DNA from: Candidatus Bipolaricaulota bacterium
Lineage (GTDB): Bacteria; Bipolaricaulota; Bipolaricaulia; UBA7950; UBA9294
Length of the DNA: 45,263 nucleotides
Assembly (NCBI GenBank): GCA_041302485.1
Contig: JBFYRA010000030.1
Location: forward strand, 1-45,263
Direction of reading: 5' to 3'
Within the stretch, counting starts at the first letter, position 1. Every line of letters begins with the position of its first letter. Positions 17,796-26,389 of this stretch are shown in pieces. The position numbers were made by a program, and so were the translations under genes. The notes under the pieces are model-generated. The model was not told the origin of the DNA. It worked only from the letters and a program-made list of their open reading frames with translations, and searched no databases.

Positions 17796-18905
17796 CTACG
17801 CGCCGACTCGGAAAGCACCGTTCTCGTAGAAGAGCTCGTCGTCGACCCAGATGCGCCCCCCGTTCATGAGGTCGCAAACGAGATCCCAGTGGATGCCCGA
17901 TTCGTTGCGGCTGCCCGTCTCGGGCATTCCCGCTCCGAGCGCCATGTGGAAGCTGCCGGCGATCTTCTCATCGTAGAGAGTGTTCCCGGTTGCGCGAGTG
18001 ACTCCCTTGTTCGTCCCGATGGCGAACTCCCCCACGCAGCGGGCGCCGGCGTCCACGTCGAGCGTCTTCTGGAGGAACTCGTCGCCCTTCTCCGCCCTGG
18101 CACGCGCGACCCTGCCCTTCTCGAACCACAGTTCGACGTTGTCGCACCGCCTGCCGTCGTAGACCGTGGGATAGGAGAACTTGACGTGCCCCTCGACGGA
18201 GTCCTCGACGGGACCTGTGAAGATCTCACCGTCGGGCATGTTTCGCTTGCCGTCGCAGTTCACGAACGTCCGACCGGCAATGCTCATCTGCAGGTCGACG
18301 TCGGGGGCCTCGACGCGCAGAGTCTTCTTCCCCTTCAGCCAATCGACGAGCTTCGCCTGGCGCGCCGAAACCTCACGCCAGTGGCGGACCGGGTCCTCCG
18401 GATCGGGAAGACATGCGCCGAACACGAAGTCCTCGTACTCGACAAGCCCCATTTCGGCGTCCTGCGCGAGCGCTGCGGTCGGGTACAGCGTTCCGACCCA
18501 GCGCAACTCGCCCGACGCGGCGCGCCGCATAAACGTCGTGAACAGCTCGCGCGACGCCTGTTTCGACGCTGTGAGCTTTCCCGGATCGACCTGGGTGAGT
18601 TCCTTCGTGTTCGCCGGTGCCGAGAGCGAGATCATCACGTCGTACGTCTCGTACAGGAGCCGCGACGGGGGCGCGACGTGCCGCAGTTGCTCGTCCGACG
18701 CGTGTCGGTAGAAGAGTTCGTCCACTCCCGGCAGTTGTGCACGAACGAACGGGAATCCTCCGGCCTTGAGCGTCTCGACGAAGACCGCTTTCAGAAGAGG
18801 CTCGGCGAGCGAGCTCCCTTGGATGTAGACCTTGTCGTCAGGACGGACCGCTACCGAGTACTGCACCAGGACTTGCGCCAACTTCGCGACGCGCGCATCG
18901 AGCAT
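17796..18905 (-). CDS. M29-family aminopeptidase (AmpS/PepS-like), 369 aa
   Basis: AAGGAGATCCCG-ATG start. MLDARVAKLAQVLVQYSVAVRPDDKVYIQG... and the C-terminal GTNKGVTRATGNTLYDEKIAGSFHMALG...HWDLV are typical of M29. Confidence 0.85.
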   Translation of the reverse strand: MLDARVAKLAQVLVQYSVAVRPDDKVYIQGSSLAEPLLKAVFVETLKAGGFPFVRAQLPGVDELFYRHASDEQLRHVAPPSRLLYETYDVMISLSAPANTKELTQVDPGKLTASKQASRELFTTFMRRAASGELRWVGTLYPTAALAQDAEMGLVEYEDFVFGACLPDPEDPVRHWREVSARQAKLVDWLKGKKTLRVEAPDVDLQMSIAGRTFVNCDGKRNMPDGEIFTGPVEDSVEGHVKFSYPTVYDGRRCDNVELWFEKGRVARARAEKGDEFLQKTLDVDAGARCVGEFAIGTNKGVTRATGNTLYDEKIAGSFHMALGAGMPETGSRNESGIHWDLVCDLMNGGRIWVDDELFYENGAFRVGA

Positions 18906-18988
18906 CGGGATCTCCTTTGCATGAACACGATGGGACACTCTGCCGCCGTCCGACGATAGCGACTGCGGACACGGTCGGCAAGGGGCGC

Positions 18989-19756
18989 CTAGATCTCGCG
19001 CAATTCGAGATCTAGCGCGGAGTCGGCGCGCTTCTTCGGCTGGAGAACGGCGACTCGGCGCGGTCCGCCGTAGGCGCACGACGTGAACAGCGTGAGACAG
19101 CGGTTCTCGAATAGATAGGTCGGAGCGTCCGGCTGATGTGAACGGACGAGGACGCGGACCCCGAGTCGGGCGCTGCGCGCTGCGAACGTCTCCGGCCCGT
19201 AGACGGGCCTTGATGCGCTGGTCTGAATCGGCTCTTGCTCAGAGCTCCAGTCCCCCCACGCGATGTCGCGCCACGCCGCTGTGCCCGCAGTCACGGTCGC
19301 GATGTCGTCGATCGCGCCCAGATCGGGCAGCGCACCGTGCAGAGCCAACACGCCGGACGGATGCCAGGCCGCGAACGGAAGGCAGAGGAGTGCCGATGCC
19401 AGTCCCTCCGCTTCTCCAGCAGGGAGGGGTTGCCAGAAGTCTGCGGGCCGGAATCTCGCGACGCCCCAGGCCTCGTGATTGCCCATCAGGAGATGGATGG
19501 ATGACGGGTCTTCCAGTTTCGCCGAGAGGATCCGTTCAAGGCACTCGCGCGAGGCCGGCCCTCGGTCGACGACGTCTCCGAGGAAGACGAGAGCGTCTTC
19601 GGGACGTCGAATGTCCGCCATGACGCGCTCGACGGCGTCGAGGTCCCCGTGAATGTCCCCGATGAAGACTGTGCGCGTGCCGCGGTCGAGACGGACGAGG
19701 CGGTTCTTCGGGTCCAGCGCTCGCGCAACGTCGCGGGCAATCTCGAGAAGAGCCAT
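18989..19756 (-). CDS. PPP-family metallophosphoesterase (Ser/Thr phosphatase-like), 255 aa
   Basis: GDIHGD, GDVVDRG and GNHE motifs are present in canonical order. Confidence 0.85.
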   Translation of the reverse strand: MALLEIARDVARALDPKNRLVRLDRGTRTVFIGDIHGDLDAVERVMADIRRPEDALVFLGDVVDRGPASRECLERILSAKLEDPSSIHLLMGNHEAWGVARFRPADFWQPLPAGEAEGLASALLCLPFAAWHPSGVLALHGALPDLGAIDDIATVTAGTAAWRDIAWGDWSSEQEPIQTSASRPVYGPETFAARSARLGVRVLVRSHQPDAPTYLFENRCLTLFTSCAYGGPRRVAVLQPKKRADSALDLELREI

Positions 19757-19806
19757 GACGCGAGACTATCGCGTTGCCCCGTCAGGCGCCAGCTGGACCT
19801 CGGCCA

Positions 19807-19835
19807 TTGACGAGACGGTCGTTTCGGTGTAGGGT
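19807..19835 (+). promoter_or_regulatory. Sigma70-like promoter TTGACG-N17-TAGGGT
   Basis: Exact 17-nt spacer. It is the only + strand promoter-like element in the 660-nt gap and lies about 135 nt upstream of a strong intrinsic terminator. Confidence 0.45.
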
Positions 19836-19841
19836 CGCTCG

Positions 19842-20002
19842 CCATGAGAGGAAACAAGGTCTGGGCGGATCGCGCGTACTGCAGGTCGGGACTCCGACCC
19901 CGACTCGTTTCCTTCTCCACGACGATGTAGCCCGGCCGCCGGCCGACAGCCGGACGATCCGGGCGTGTGGACTCCAGGCGCGGCCTGGGTCCTTTTCTTT
20001 TT
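19842..20002 (+). ncRNA. Candidate structured small RNA or cis-regulatory leader (class unknown)
   Basis: It is bounded by the promoter above and the terminator below. Nested helices are visible by eye: GAGAGGAAAC...GUUUCCUUCUC, GGUCGG-GACU-CCGACC, and GCCCGG[CCG]CCGGC-CGACA-GCCGG[ACGAU]CCGGGC. The 5' end is only inferred. Confidence 0.4.
19969..20002 (+). terminator. Rho-independent terminator
   Basis: The stem is GGAC-U-CCAGGC / GCCUGG-GUCC (10 bp, one bulge, 3-nt loop), followed by UUUUCUUUUU. Such a T-run is rare in this G+C-rich window. Confidence 0.7.
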
Positions 20003-20043
20003 CGCGGAAGGAGGAGGATGTGGACAGGCGATCTTCGTCGGGA

Positions 20044-20322
20044 ATGAGTGCCGATCTCGCCGCGTCGTTTCGCCACGGGCGGGCGGCCGCGCAGAAGTCA
20101 GAGGAGGGGCTGGCAACGACGCCGAGCGGCGCGGCCGACCTTGATCTGCTGAGGCTTGCTTGCGTCTGTCGTACGGACGCTCTCCTCCTCGGGACGCCCG
20201 AGCGGACCGTCGTGCTGGCGAGGATCCATCGGTTCTTCGATCACGCGCCGCGAGGAGCCGCGCTCGGCGATCTCCTGCTGTCGGCGCTCGTCGTGCCGGC
20301 ATGCGACGCGCGCGAGTCTTGA
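20044..20322 (+). CDS. Hypothetical small protein (92 aa; alternative GTG start at 20020)
   Basis: GGAAGGAGGAGG lies immediately after the terminator. Third codon positions are mostly G/C. The sequence is MSADLAASFRHGRAAAQKSEEGLATTPSGAADLDLLRLACVCRTDALLLGTPERTVVLARIHRFFDH... . I recognise no family. Confidence 0.35.
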   Translation: MSADLAASFRHGRAAAQKSEEGLATTPSGAADLDLLRLACVCRTDALLLGTPERTVVLARIHRFFDHAPRGAALGDLLLSALVVPACDARES

Positions 20323-20417
20323 CGCGCCCGCCTCCTGGCCGGAACGACGCCGGACAGCTTGCAGCAAGGGTTTCCCGCATCACACGATGCGCGGGACCTT
20401 TTGCGTATAATGGGCGC

Positions 20418-20852
20418 ATGGTGACGTTGGACGAAGTGGCGAGGTTCCTCGGCCTGTCCAAGCGTGCAGTGCGGCTGCGCGTCGATGCACTCGGCGACAT
20501 GATTCAGGCCTATCTTGCGCGCGGCGATCGCAACCGTTTGATCTTCCGCGGCGAAGCCGTTGCGATCCTGCGCCGGCTCGAGGAGCTTCGACGGCAAGAG
20601 AAGCTTCCGATTCGCGAGGCAGCCGACCGGCTGCGGGACGAGCTTGGAGACGGCGAGACGACTTCCGGCGTGTTCATCGTCATTCGCCCCGAGGTCGAAA
20701 TCGCCCTCGTTCAGGAACTCCTGCAGGACGTCACGCGGGAACGCGACCAGTGGCGCGAGTATGCGCTCGCGCTGCAGTCCGTGCTCCCCCCGGAGCTCAA
20801 GTGGCTGCACTCGGTGGCGCCGGCGTCGGGCGGCGACCGCCGTCTGAACTAG
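20418..20852 (+). CDS. Helix-turn-helix (MerR/excisionase-like) DNA-binding protein with coiled-coil C-terminus (144 aa)
   Basis: MVTLDEVARFLGLSKRAVRLRV is a typical HTH opening. TATAAT at 20406-20411 lies 6 nt before the ATG and there is no SD, so the transcript is likely leaderless. Confidence 0.65.
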   Translation: MVTLDEVARFLGLSKRAVRLRVDALGDMIQAYLARGDRNRLIFRGEAVAILRRLEELRRQEKLPIREAADRLRDELGDGETTSGVFIVIRPEVEIALVQELLQDVTRERDQWREYALALQSVLPPELKWLHSVAPASGGDRRLN

Positions 20853-20880
20853 GCCGCAAGCGCTCTCGTCGCCCTTTCCG

Positions 20881-23800
20881 TCACTCCGCTTCGCTCTCCG
20901 GCGGCTGGCTCTTCGCCAAGAACCGCGGCGCGATCTTCCCGGGGCTTGCGACAGGGAACCGAGTTTCCGTGCCGTCCGCGGTGTTGGGTCGCGGAGCGGG
21001 CATGAGGAGGATCGGCATGCCGACCGGAAGACCGCGGCGATCGACAAGCGCCAGCCCGGTCTGGCTGTCTCCCAGGCTGACACAGCTCGTCACGCGGCCG
21101 ATCGCGCTCCCGTTTCGATCGAGGACGAGAGCGCTGTCGCGCACTGGGCGCGCTCCGGCGTCGACCTCGAACCTCACGATCTCACGCGTTTGGGTGAGAT
21201 AGGCGGCGACGCACGCCGGACGGCCGACGAAGAAGCTCTTGTGGAGCTTCACGTAGGGCCCGAAGCCCGCTTCATACGGGTTCACGGCATGCGGTCCGGC
21301 GATCTCGTGTCCGTAGAGAGGGAGCCCGGCTTCCGTGCGCGTCGAGTCGCGCGATGCGAGGCCGCACGGCAGGAGGCCCAACGGGCGGCCGACCTCAAGG
21401 AGGCGGTTCCACAGCCACAAGGCATCGGCGGCAGCGGAGTAGATCTCGTAACCGAGAGGCTCTCCGGTGTATCCGGTTCGGGCGACGAGGAACTGGCGCC
21501 CCTCGGCGGAGATCTCCGCGAACTCCGTCCGCTCAAGCCCTGCCACCGTGCGTCGCTCGGCGGGCGCAAGCACGCGCCCGAGCGCGGCGCCGCTCTTTGG
21601 ACCCTGCAGCGCGATGTCCATCACGCCGCGCTCGCGCTTGAGATCGCGCAGCACGACCGGAAGAACCAGCTGACGCGCCGCGTGCTCGGAGTCGACCGCG
21701 TATCGGCCCTCGTTGACTCCAACGAGCCAGGCCCAATCCTTCTGCTCGTTGGAGGCGTTGACGACCACCAGGTAGCGATTCCACGCGCGGCGATAGACCC
21801 AGATGTCGTCGATCACGCTCCCGTCGGGGGCGAAGAGGTAGGCGTAGTGCGACTGCCCATTCTCGAGCCATCCTTCGTAGTTCGACGTCACCGCGTTGAG
21901 GAAGTCCGTCGCATGCTCGCCTTCGACTTGAAAGACCCCCATGTGCCCAAGATCGAACACGCCGGCCGCATGACGAACGGCTCGATGCTCCTCGAGCGCC
22001 GACGTGTACCACACGGGCATCTCCCACCCGGCAAACGGCACGAGCCTGGCGCCGAGCGCAACGTGTGCCTCGTGAAGCGCGGTGGTGCGCAGCGGCGATT
22101 CCTCCCCTTTCCACTCGAACGGCGGCCTCGCCGTCTCGCCGGTCTTCGCTTCGACGCCGTGCCGCCCGACGAAGTACGGCTTGTCCATCGCAAAGCGCTG
22201 CGGGTTGCGGGCCGCGATCTCGGCGCTCGGTCGGCCGACCGCCGCTTCGGCATCTTCGATCTCGAGCTTCAGCCAGGGCAGGGCTGTGGGCGGAAGCGTC
22301 GCCGGGTCGGCCTCCTCGATGACGGCGGGCCCCTGGACCTTCCGGAAGAGATCCTGCGGATCGAACAGCGTGTAGCCCTCTGCGAGTCCCTCGAGCCAGG
22401 CGCAGACGTCGCGAGACCGATCGCGCGGAACGAGTACGACGTAGTCCTCCTGTCCGAGGCGGCCGATGACGGCGCCCGAAATCACTCGGCTCTCGGCGTC
22501 GAGGAAGTACGCGCGACATGTGCCCGACTCTGCAAGCTGACGAACATCGCCGGTCGAGGCCTCCTGCAGCAGCGCCCCGGCGCGCCCGCTGCGGACGCGC
22601 ACGGCAGCCCATGGCGTCGAGCCCACACGCCCGACCTCTACGCCGGGTCGCCCGCTCAGGCGGGGCTCCAGACGCGAGATGATGTCGCGCACGTCCTGCT
22701 TCGCCTTCTCCAGGACGCCGACAGGCAGCTTGCCGCGGGACAGCTCGCCGCGCAGTCCCTGATACGAGAACGGCCGGATCGAGCGGAGCACATCGGCGAC
22801 GATGCGGCCGATGGCCTCCATCTCCTGTTTGCCCATGCCGCGTTGCGTCGCCCACGGGGTTCCGAGCCGGATCCCGTGCGCGTCGGCAGCGCTCGTGTCG
22901 CCCGGAAGCGTGTTCTTGTTGCACACGATGCCGGCGAGATCCAGGATGCGCGACGCGACCTCGCCCATCATCACGAATCCGGTGTCACTCTTGATCTCCC
23001 GCAGATCGACGAGCAGGAGGTGCGTGTCCGTCCCGCCGTATGCGATCGTGAGGCCGTTCTCGGCGAGCGCGCGAGTCAGATGCTGCGCGTTCTCGACGAT
23101 TCGCCGCTGCAGTGCCGCGAATGCAGGCTCCTTAGCCAGTTTCATCGCGACGGCCAGCGCGGCGAACTTGTTCACGTGCGGGCCGCCCTGCTGGCCGGGG
23201 AAGATCGACGAGTCGATCCGCGATGCGATCTGCGGATTCGTCGCGAGGATCACGGCGCCGCGCCCGCCGCAAAGCGTCTTGTGTGTCGTGAACGACACGA
23301 CGTGGGCATGCCCGATCGGGTTCGGGTAGACCTTTCCGATGATCAGGCCGGCCGTGTGAGCGACGTCGGCCAGCAGGATCGCGCCGACTTCGTCGGCGAT
23401 GTCACGGAATGCGACCCAGTCAGGCTGCCACGGATACGACGTGAACCCGCCGATGATCATTCGCGGGCGGCTTTCGCGAGCCAGGGCGCGGATCTGATCG
23501 TAGTCGAGCTTGCCCGTCGTGCGATCGACGGCGTACGAGACGATGCGATAGCGACGTCCCGTGACGTTGAACTCCGACCCGTGCGTGAGGTGTCCGCCCT
23601 CGGTCAGGGCCATGCCCATCACCGTCTCGCCGGGTTTCACGAAGGCGTCGTACACGGCGAGGTTCGCTGCCGCGCCCGAGAGAGGCTGAACGTTGGCGAA
23701 GATCTTCTCTGCAGGGATCTCGGGGGTCGCGAAGCACTCGCAGGTGCGGCGAGCAGCCAGCGATTCCAGAATGTCGGCGATCTCGGCTCCCTTGTAGAAA

Positions 23801-24072
23801 CGGCGGTCCGAGTAGCGGCGGTAGCCGGCGAGCTGGGCGTCGACATCGGCGAGCTCCTCTTCTGTCTGCCGCATCATCGCCTTGCGGGGGTATCCCTCGG
23901 CGTACACGCTCGTGAACGCCGACCCGAGGGCCTCCCGCACAGGCAGCGGAGTCAGGCTCTCCGACGGGATGAGGATGATCTTCTCCCGCTGCCTCCGCTC
24001 CTCCGCGGCCATCAGGGCCGCGGTTTGAGCATCGACATCGAGTACGTGCAGGGGAGAACGTCCGCTACTCAT
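20881..24072 (-). CDS. Fusion protein: serine hydroxymethyltransferase-like domain + aminomethyltransferase (GcvT-like) domain (1063 aa)
   Basis: AAAGGAGCGACC-ATG at 24072. The listed GTG at 24090 is less likely. The N-terminal ~450 aa is SHMT-like (LIPSESLTP, GGHLTHGS, SFTTHKTLCGGRG). The C-terminal ~430 aa is GcvT-like (LVPFAGWEMPVWY, GVFDLGHMGVFQVEG, VVVNASN). A ~170-aa linker resembles a partial GcvT N-domain. Confidence 0.85.
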   Translation of the reverse strand: MSSGRSPLHVLDVDAQTAALMAAEERRQREKIILIPSESLTPLPVREALGSAFTSVYAEGYPRKAMMRQTEEELADVDAQLAGYRRYSDRRFYKGAEIADILESLAARRTCECFATPEIPAEKIFANVQPLSGAAANLAVYDAFVKPGETVMGMALTEGGHLTHGSEFNVTGRRYRIVSYAVDRTTGKLDYDQIRALARESRPRMIIGGFTSYPWQPDWVAFRDIADEVGAILLADVAHTAGLIIGKVYPNPIGHAHVVSFTTHKTLCGGRGAVILATNPQIASRIDSSIFPGQQGGPHVNKFAALAVAMKLAKEPAFAALQRRIVENAQHLTRALAENGLTIAYGGTDTHLLLVDLREIKSDTGFVMMGEVASRILDLAGIVCNKNTLPGDTSAADAHGIRLGTPWATQRGMGKQEMEAIGRIVADVLRSIRPFSYQGLRGELSRGKLPVGVLEKAKQDVRDIISRLEPRLSGRPGVEVGRVGSTPWAAVRVRSGRAGALLQEASTGDVRQLAESGTCRAYFLDAESRVISGAVIGRLGQEDYVVLVPRDRSRDVCAWLEGLAEGYTLFDPQDLFRKVQGPAVIEEADPATLPPTALPWLKLEIEDAEAAVGRPSAEIAARNPQRFAMDKPYFVGRHGVEAKTGETARPPFEWKGEESPLRTTALHEAHVALGARLVPFAGWEMPVWYTSALEEHRAVRHAAGVFDLGHMGVFQVEGEHATDFLNAVTSNYEGWLENGQSHYAYLFAPDGSVIDDIWVYRRAWNRYLVVVNASNEQKDWAWLVGVNEGRYAVDSEHAARQLVLPVVLRDLKRERGVMDIALQGPKSGAALGRVLAPAERRTVAGLERTEFAEISAEGRQFLVARTGYTGEPLGYEIYSAAADALWLWNRLLEVGRPLGLLPCGLASRDSTRTEAGLPLYGHEIAGPHAVNPYEAGFGPYVKLHKSFFVGRPACVAAYLTQTREIVRFEVDAGARPVRDSALVLDRNGSAIGRVTSCVSLGDSQTGLALVDRRGLPVGMPILLMPAPRPNTADGTETRFPVASPGKIAPRFLAKSQPPESEAE

Positions 24073-24086
24073 GGTCGCTCCTTTGC

Positions 24087-25208
24087 TCACACGAAGGGTT
24101 CCGGGTGAAGTCTACGAGCTAGGTTTCGCCCTTTCCAGCAGGCCTCCGCCGCGAGGTACAGGCCGCCGCTCACGAGGCTGTGTCCGCCCAAGACGACCGG
24201 AACCTTGGCGCGGAGCGCCGCCTCGGTGAACGTTCGCCAGTGGCGGTCGTCGATCTGGTCGACGCGGAAGAGATCGCTGGAGAATCGCGCGCGCGGAGAA
24301 GGAATGTCGTCAGCTGCTCCAAGCAGCGGGCGAGAGTCGATCCATGCCGCGTCGCACGATCTCGCGAGCCGATCGAAGAACGCCTCGGCGCCGTCGTCGG
24401 CGACGACCTGGCGCAGCCAGGGAACATGGCGGCCGGCTCCCGCTCGCATTCCGCGTCCCTCGACGAGAGCGCTCGTACGGCAAGCGACTTGGGTCTCGAC
24501 GTGGCTCCATGTGACCGGACTCAGGCGCCCGACAAGGCACGCGACCGCGGAACGCTCCGTGAAGACGGCGAGAGCGCGATCGAGGGTCGGGTGACGCCGA
24601 TCCATTGCGCGGAAGAACTCGTGCAGTTCCGGTATGCCATGGTCGCTGCGTTCGAGGAGCAAGAGGTCCGTCGGCGTGTCGATGTCGAATTGCGTCGCGG
24701 CGCTGCGAGGGAGCGCGAGGCAAGAGTATCCGGCGTCGGCCAGCACGAACCCGAGAGGGTTGTCGAGCTCGGGGAGGTCGACGGCGAGAAGCTCCTGGGC
24801 GCCTGCGATCGCGCAAAAATCGCACGAGTAGAAGTTGTTGAATAGAGCACGAGGAGCCGGGCCGTGCGCGAAGTCAACAAGTTGCGCGAGGCCGTCATTC
24901 GGCAACAGACAGCCGGATCCGCTGCCGAAGTACACGACGCCGTCGGGGCCGAGCCGCCGGATGAGGTCTTGAAACACGTGTCCGAAGCGAAAGGGCTCCG
25001 AGCCGCCAGAGGTGACGAATTCGACCTCGCCGGGAGCGCCCGGACAGCGCGCAGGATCCGGCGTCACGACGCAGAGCGCGTCAAGCCCGACTGCGGACAG
25101 CCGCTCCAGCAAGCTGAGAGTTGCCGCCCACCGGCCTCGTTCGACGAGTTGCTCCTCGTCACTCGGGCCGAGCGCGGCGTGAAAGACGAGTCCTACGATC
25201 CGCTTCAT
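24087..25208 (-). CDS. Hypothetical protein, N-terminal MobA/CofC-like nucleotidyltransferase fold suspected (373 aa)
   Basis: GGAGGAGCCG-ATG start. MKRIVGLVF..., FGSGSGCLLP and FDIDTPTDLLLL resemble NTP-transferase-fold proteins. The stop lies 14 nt before the SHMT-GcvT start. Confidence 0.55.
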   Translation of the reverse strand: MKRIVGLVFHAALGPSDEEQLVERGRWAATLSLLERLSAVGLDALCVVTPDPARCPGAPGEVEFVTSGGSEPFRFGHVFQDLIRRLGPDGVVYFGSGSGCLLPNDGLAQLVDFAHGPAPRALFNNFYSCDFCAIAGAQELLAVDLPELDNPLGFVLADAGYSCLALPRSAATQFDIDTPTDLLLLERSDHGIPELHEFFRAMDRRHPTLDRALAVFTERSAVACLVGRLSPVTWSHVETQVACRTSALVEGRGMRAGAGRHVPWLRQVVADDGAEAFFDRLARSCDAAWIDSRPLLGAADDIPSPRARFSSDLFRVDQIDDRHWRTFTEAALRAKVPVVLGGHSLVSGGLYLAAEACWKGRNLARRLHPEPFV

Positions 25209-25371
25209 CGGCTCCTCCGAACCTGTTTCCGGACGTTGCTGCATCGACCGGTCCGGACTCCGCGTCTCGGCGAGGCCACGAAACGCAAAACGGCCTCCTC
25301 GATCCCACCTGATGGATCGAGGAGGCCGGCCCCTCCTCTCGAGCGAGGAAGGCACGTTGCGTCGATAGCGG

Positions 25372-25608
25372 CTACCGCCGTACCCTCATCGCTTCTCTCT
25401 CCCCGACGTAGGGGAGGAGAGCCAGTTTGCGGGCGCGGTTGATCTCGATGGCGAGTCTCCGCTGGTGCTTTGCACACAGCCGGGTGGCCCTCTTCGGTAG
25501 GATCTTGCCGAGGCGGTTCATGTACTGCTTCAGCTCGTCCACCTTCTTGTAGTCAAGAAGGAACGCGTTTTCGCACGCGCGACACTTACGCTTTCTCTTA
25601 TGGAACAT
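25372..25608 (-). CDS. rpsR: 30S ribosomal protein S18
   Basis: MFHKRKRKCRACENAFLLDYKKVDELKQYMNRLGKILPKRATRLCAKHQRRLAIEINRARKLALLPY matches the S18 pattern. Confidence 0.95.
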   Translation of the reverse strand: MFHKRKRKCRACENAFLLDYKKVDELKQYMNRLGKILPKRATRLCAKHQRRLAIEINRARKLALLPYVGEREAMRVRR

Positions 25609-25611
25609 GGC

Positions 25612-26037
25612 CTAGAAAGGGACCTCCTCCTCTGGGAGTGGACTTTCATCGCCCGGAGGAGCAGCCTCCGGGGTTCCAGCGGGTTCTTCCGCCGCCCTCT
25701 GGGGTCCGCCCCCGAGGAACTGCACGCTCAACGCCACAACCTCCGTCACGCGGACCTTCTCTCCGTCGGCGTTCGCGAACGAGTCGATGCGCAGACGGCC
25801 CTCCACGGCGATCGATCGCCCCTTGCGAAGGTAGTTGGCGCAATTCTCCGCTTGCGTGCCCCAAACAACGATCGGCACGAACGTGACTTCTTCCTGGAAC
25901 TTCCCCGAGGCATCCTTGAACTGGCGGTTGACGGCGATCGAGAAGCGGACGCGCGCCGTCCCGCCCGGCGTGTACCGAAGCTCAGGGTCGGCTGTGAGAT
26001 TCCCGATCAGGATGACGCGGTTCAGGCTCGCAGACAT
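25612..26037 (-). CDS. ssb: Single-stranded DNA-binding protein
   Basis: SLNRVILIGNLTADPELRYTPGG OB-fold opening, and an acidic C-terminal tip ...PLPEEEVPF. Confidence 0.95.
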   Translation of the reverse strand: MSASLNRVILIGNLTADPELRYTPGGTARVRFSIAVNRQFKDASGKFQEEVTFVPIVVWGTQAENCANYLRKGRSIAVEGRLRIDSFANADGEKVRVTEVVALSVQFLGGGPQRAAEEPAGTPEAAPPGDESPLPEEEVPF

Positions 26038-26043
26038 GGTCTC

Positions 26044-26331
26044 CTACGACTCCCGCACGACGATCTGGTACCGCAAGAGCTCTTCATCTAGGTTGAGACG
26101 TGCCTCCACGAGGCTCACGGAGCTCGGAGGCATGCGGAACTCAGTGAAGCGGTAGTACCCTTCGGTGAAGTGCCGGATCTCGTACGCGAGAACGCGCTTT
26201 CCCCAGTCTTCCACCTTGCCGATCTCGCCGCCGTTCTCCGTGACAAGCGAGTGGACCCGCTCGACCTTGGCAACCCGTGCCTCGTCGGAAAGGTCTGGAC
26301 GAATCACATACACAATCTCGTAGTCTCGCAC
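26044..26331 (-). CDS. rpsF: 30S ribosomal protein S6 (95 aa)
   Basis: GTG at 26331 lies 7 nt after GAGAGG and gives (M)RDYEIVYVIRPDLSDE..., the canonical S6 N-terminus. The listed TTG at 26346 is probably too far upstream. Confidence 0.9.
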   Translation of the reverse strand: MRDYEIVYVIRPDLSDEARVAKVERVHSLVTENGGEIGKVEDWGKRVLAYEIRHFTEGYYRFTEFRMPPSSVSLVEARLNLDEELLRYQIVVRES

Positions 26332-26360
26332 TCTGGCACCTCTCAATCGATCGTCCGTAG

Positions 26361-26389
26361 AGGGTATCCGTGGCCCCTTGCGAAGTCAA
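26361..26389 (-). promoter_or_regulatory. Sigma70-like promoter of the rpsF-ssb-rpsR operon
   Basis: On the minus strand it reads TTGACT-N17-TACCCT. It shares TTGACTTCGCAAG with the EF-G promoter candidate. Confidence 0.4.

Noticed and set aside
15837-19756. A genuine LysW-dependent lysine/arginine (AAA-pathway) cluster.
   Set aside because: There are no LysX (ATP-grasp), LysZ, LysY or LysJ homologues in the run. The protein ends in Phe after a poly-acidic tail rather than the conserved C-terminal Glu used for substrate attachment.
19842-20002. Assignment of the structured RNA to a known class. I considered guanidine-II/III because of CCGG-ACGAU-CCGG and ACGA strings, RNase P because of GAGAGGAAAC, and ZTP because of CUGGGCGG.
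   Set aside because: Only short fragments match. The other conserved elements of those classes, as I remember them, are absent, and the RNA is far too short for RNase P. I left it as class unknown pending cmscan.
25300-25371. Hairpin GAGGAGG-CCGGCC-CCTCCTC downstream of rpsR as an operon terminator.
   Set aside because: The stem is only 7 bp with no U-tract on the minus strand. It also overlaps the SD/leader region logic of the next gene. The evidence is too weak to list as a feature.
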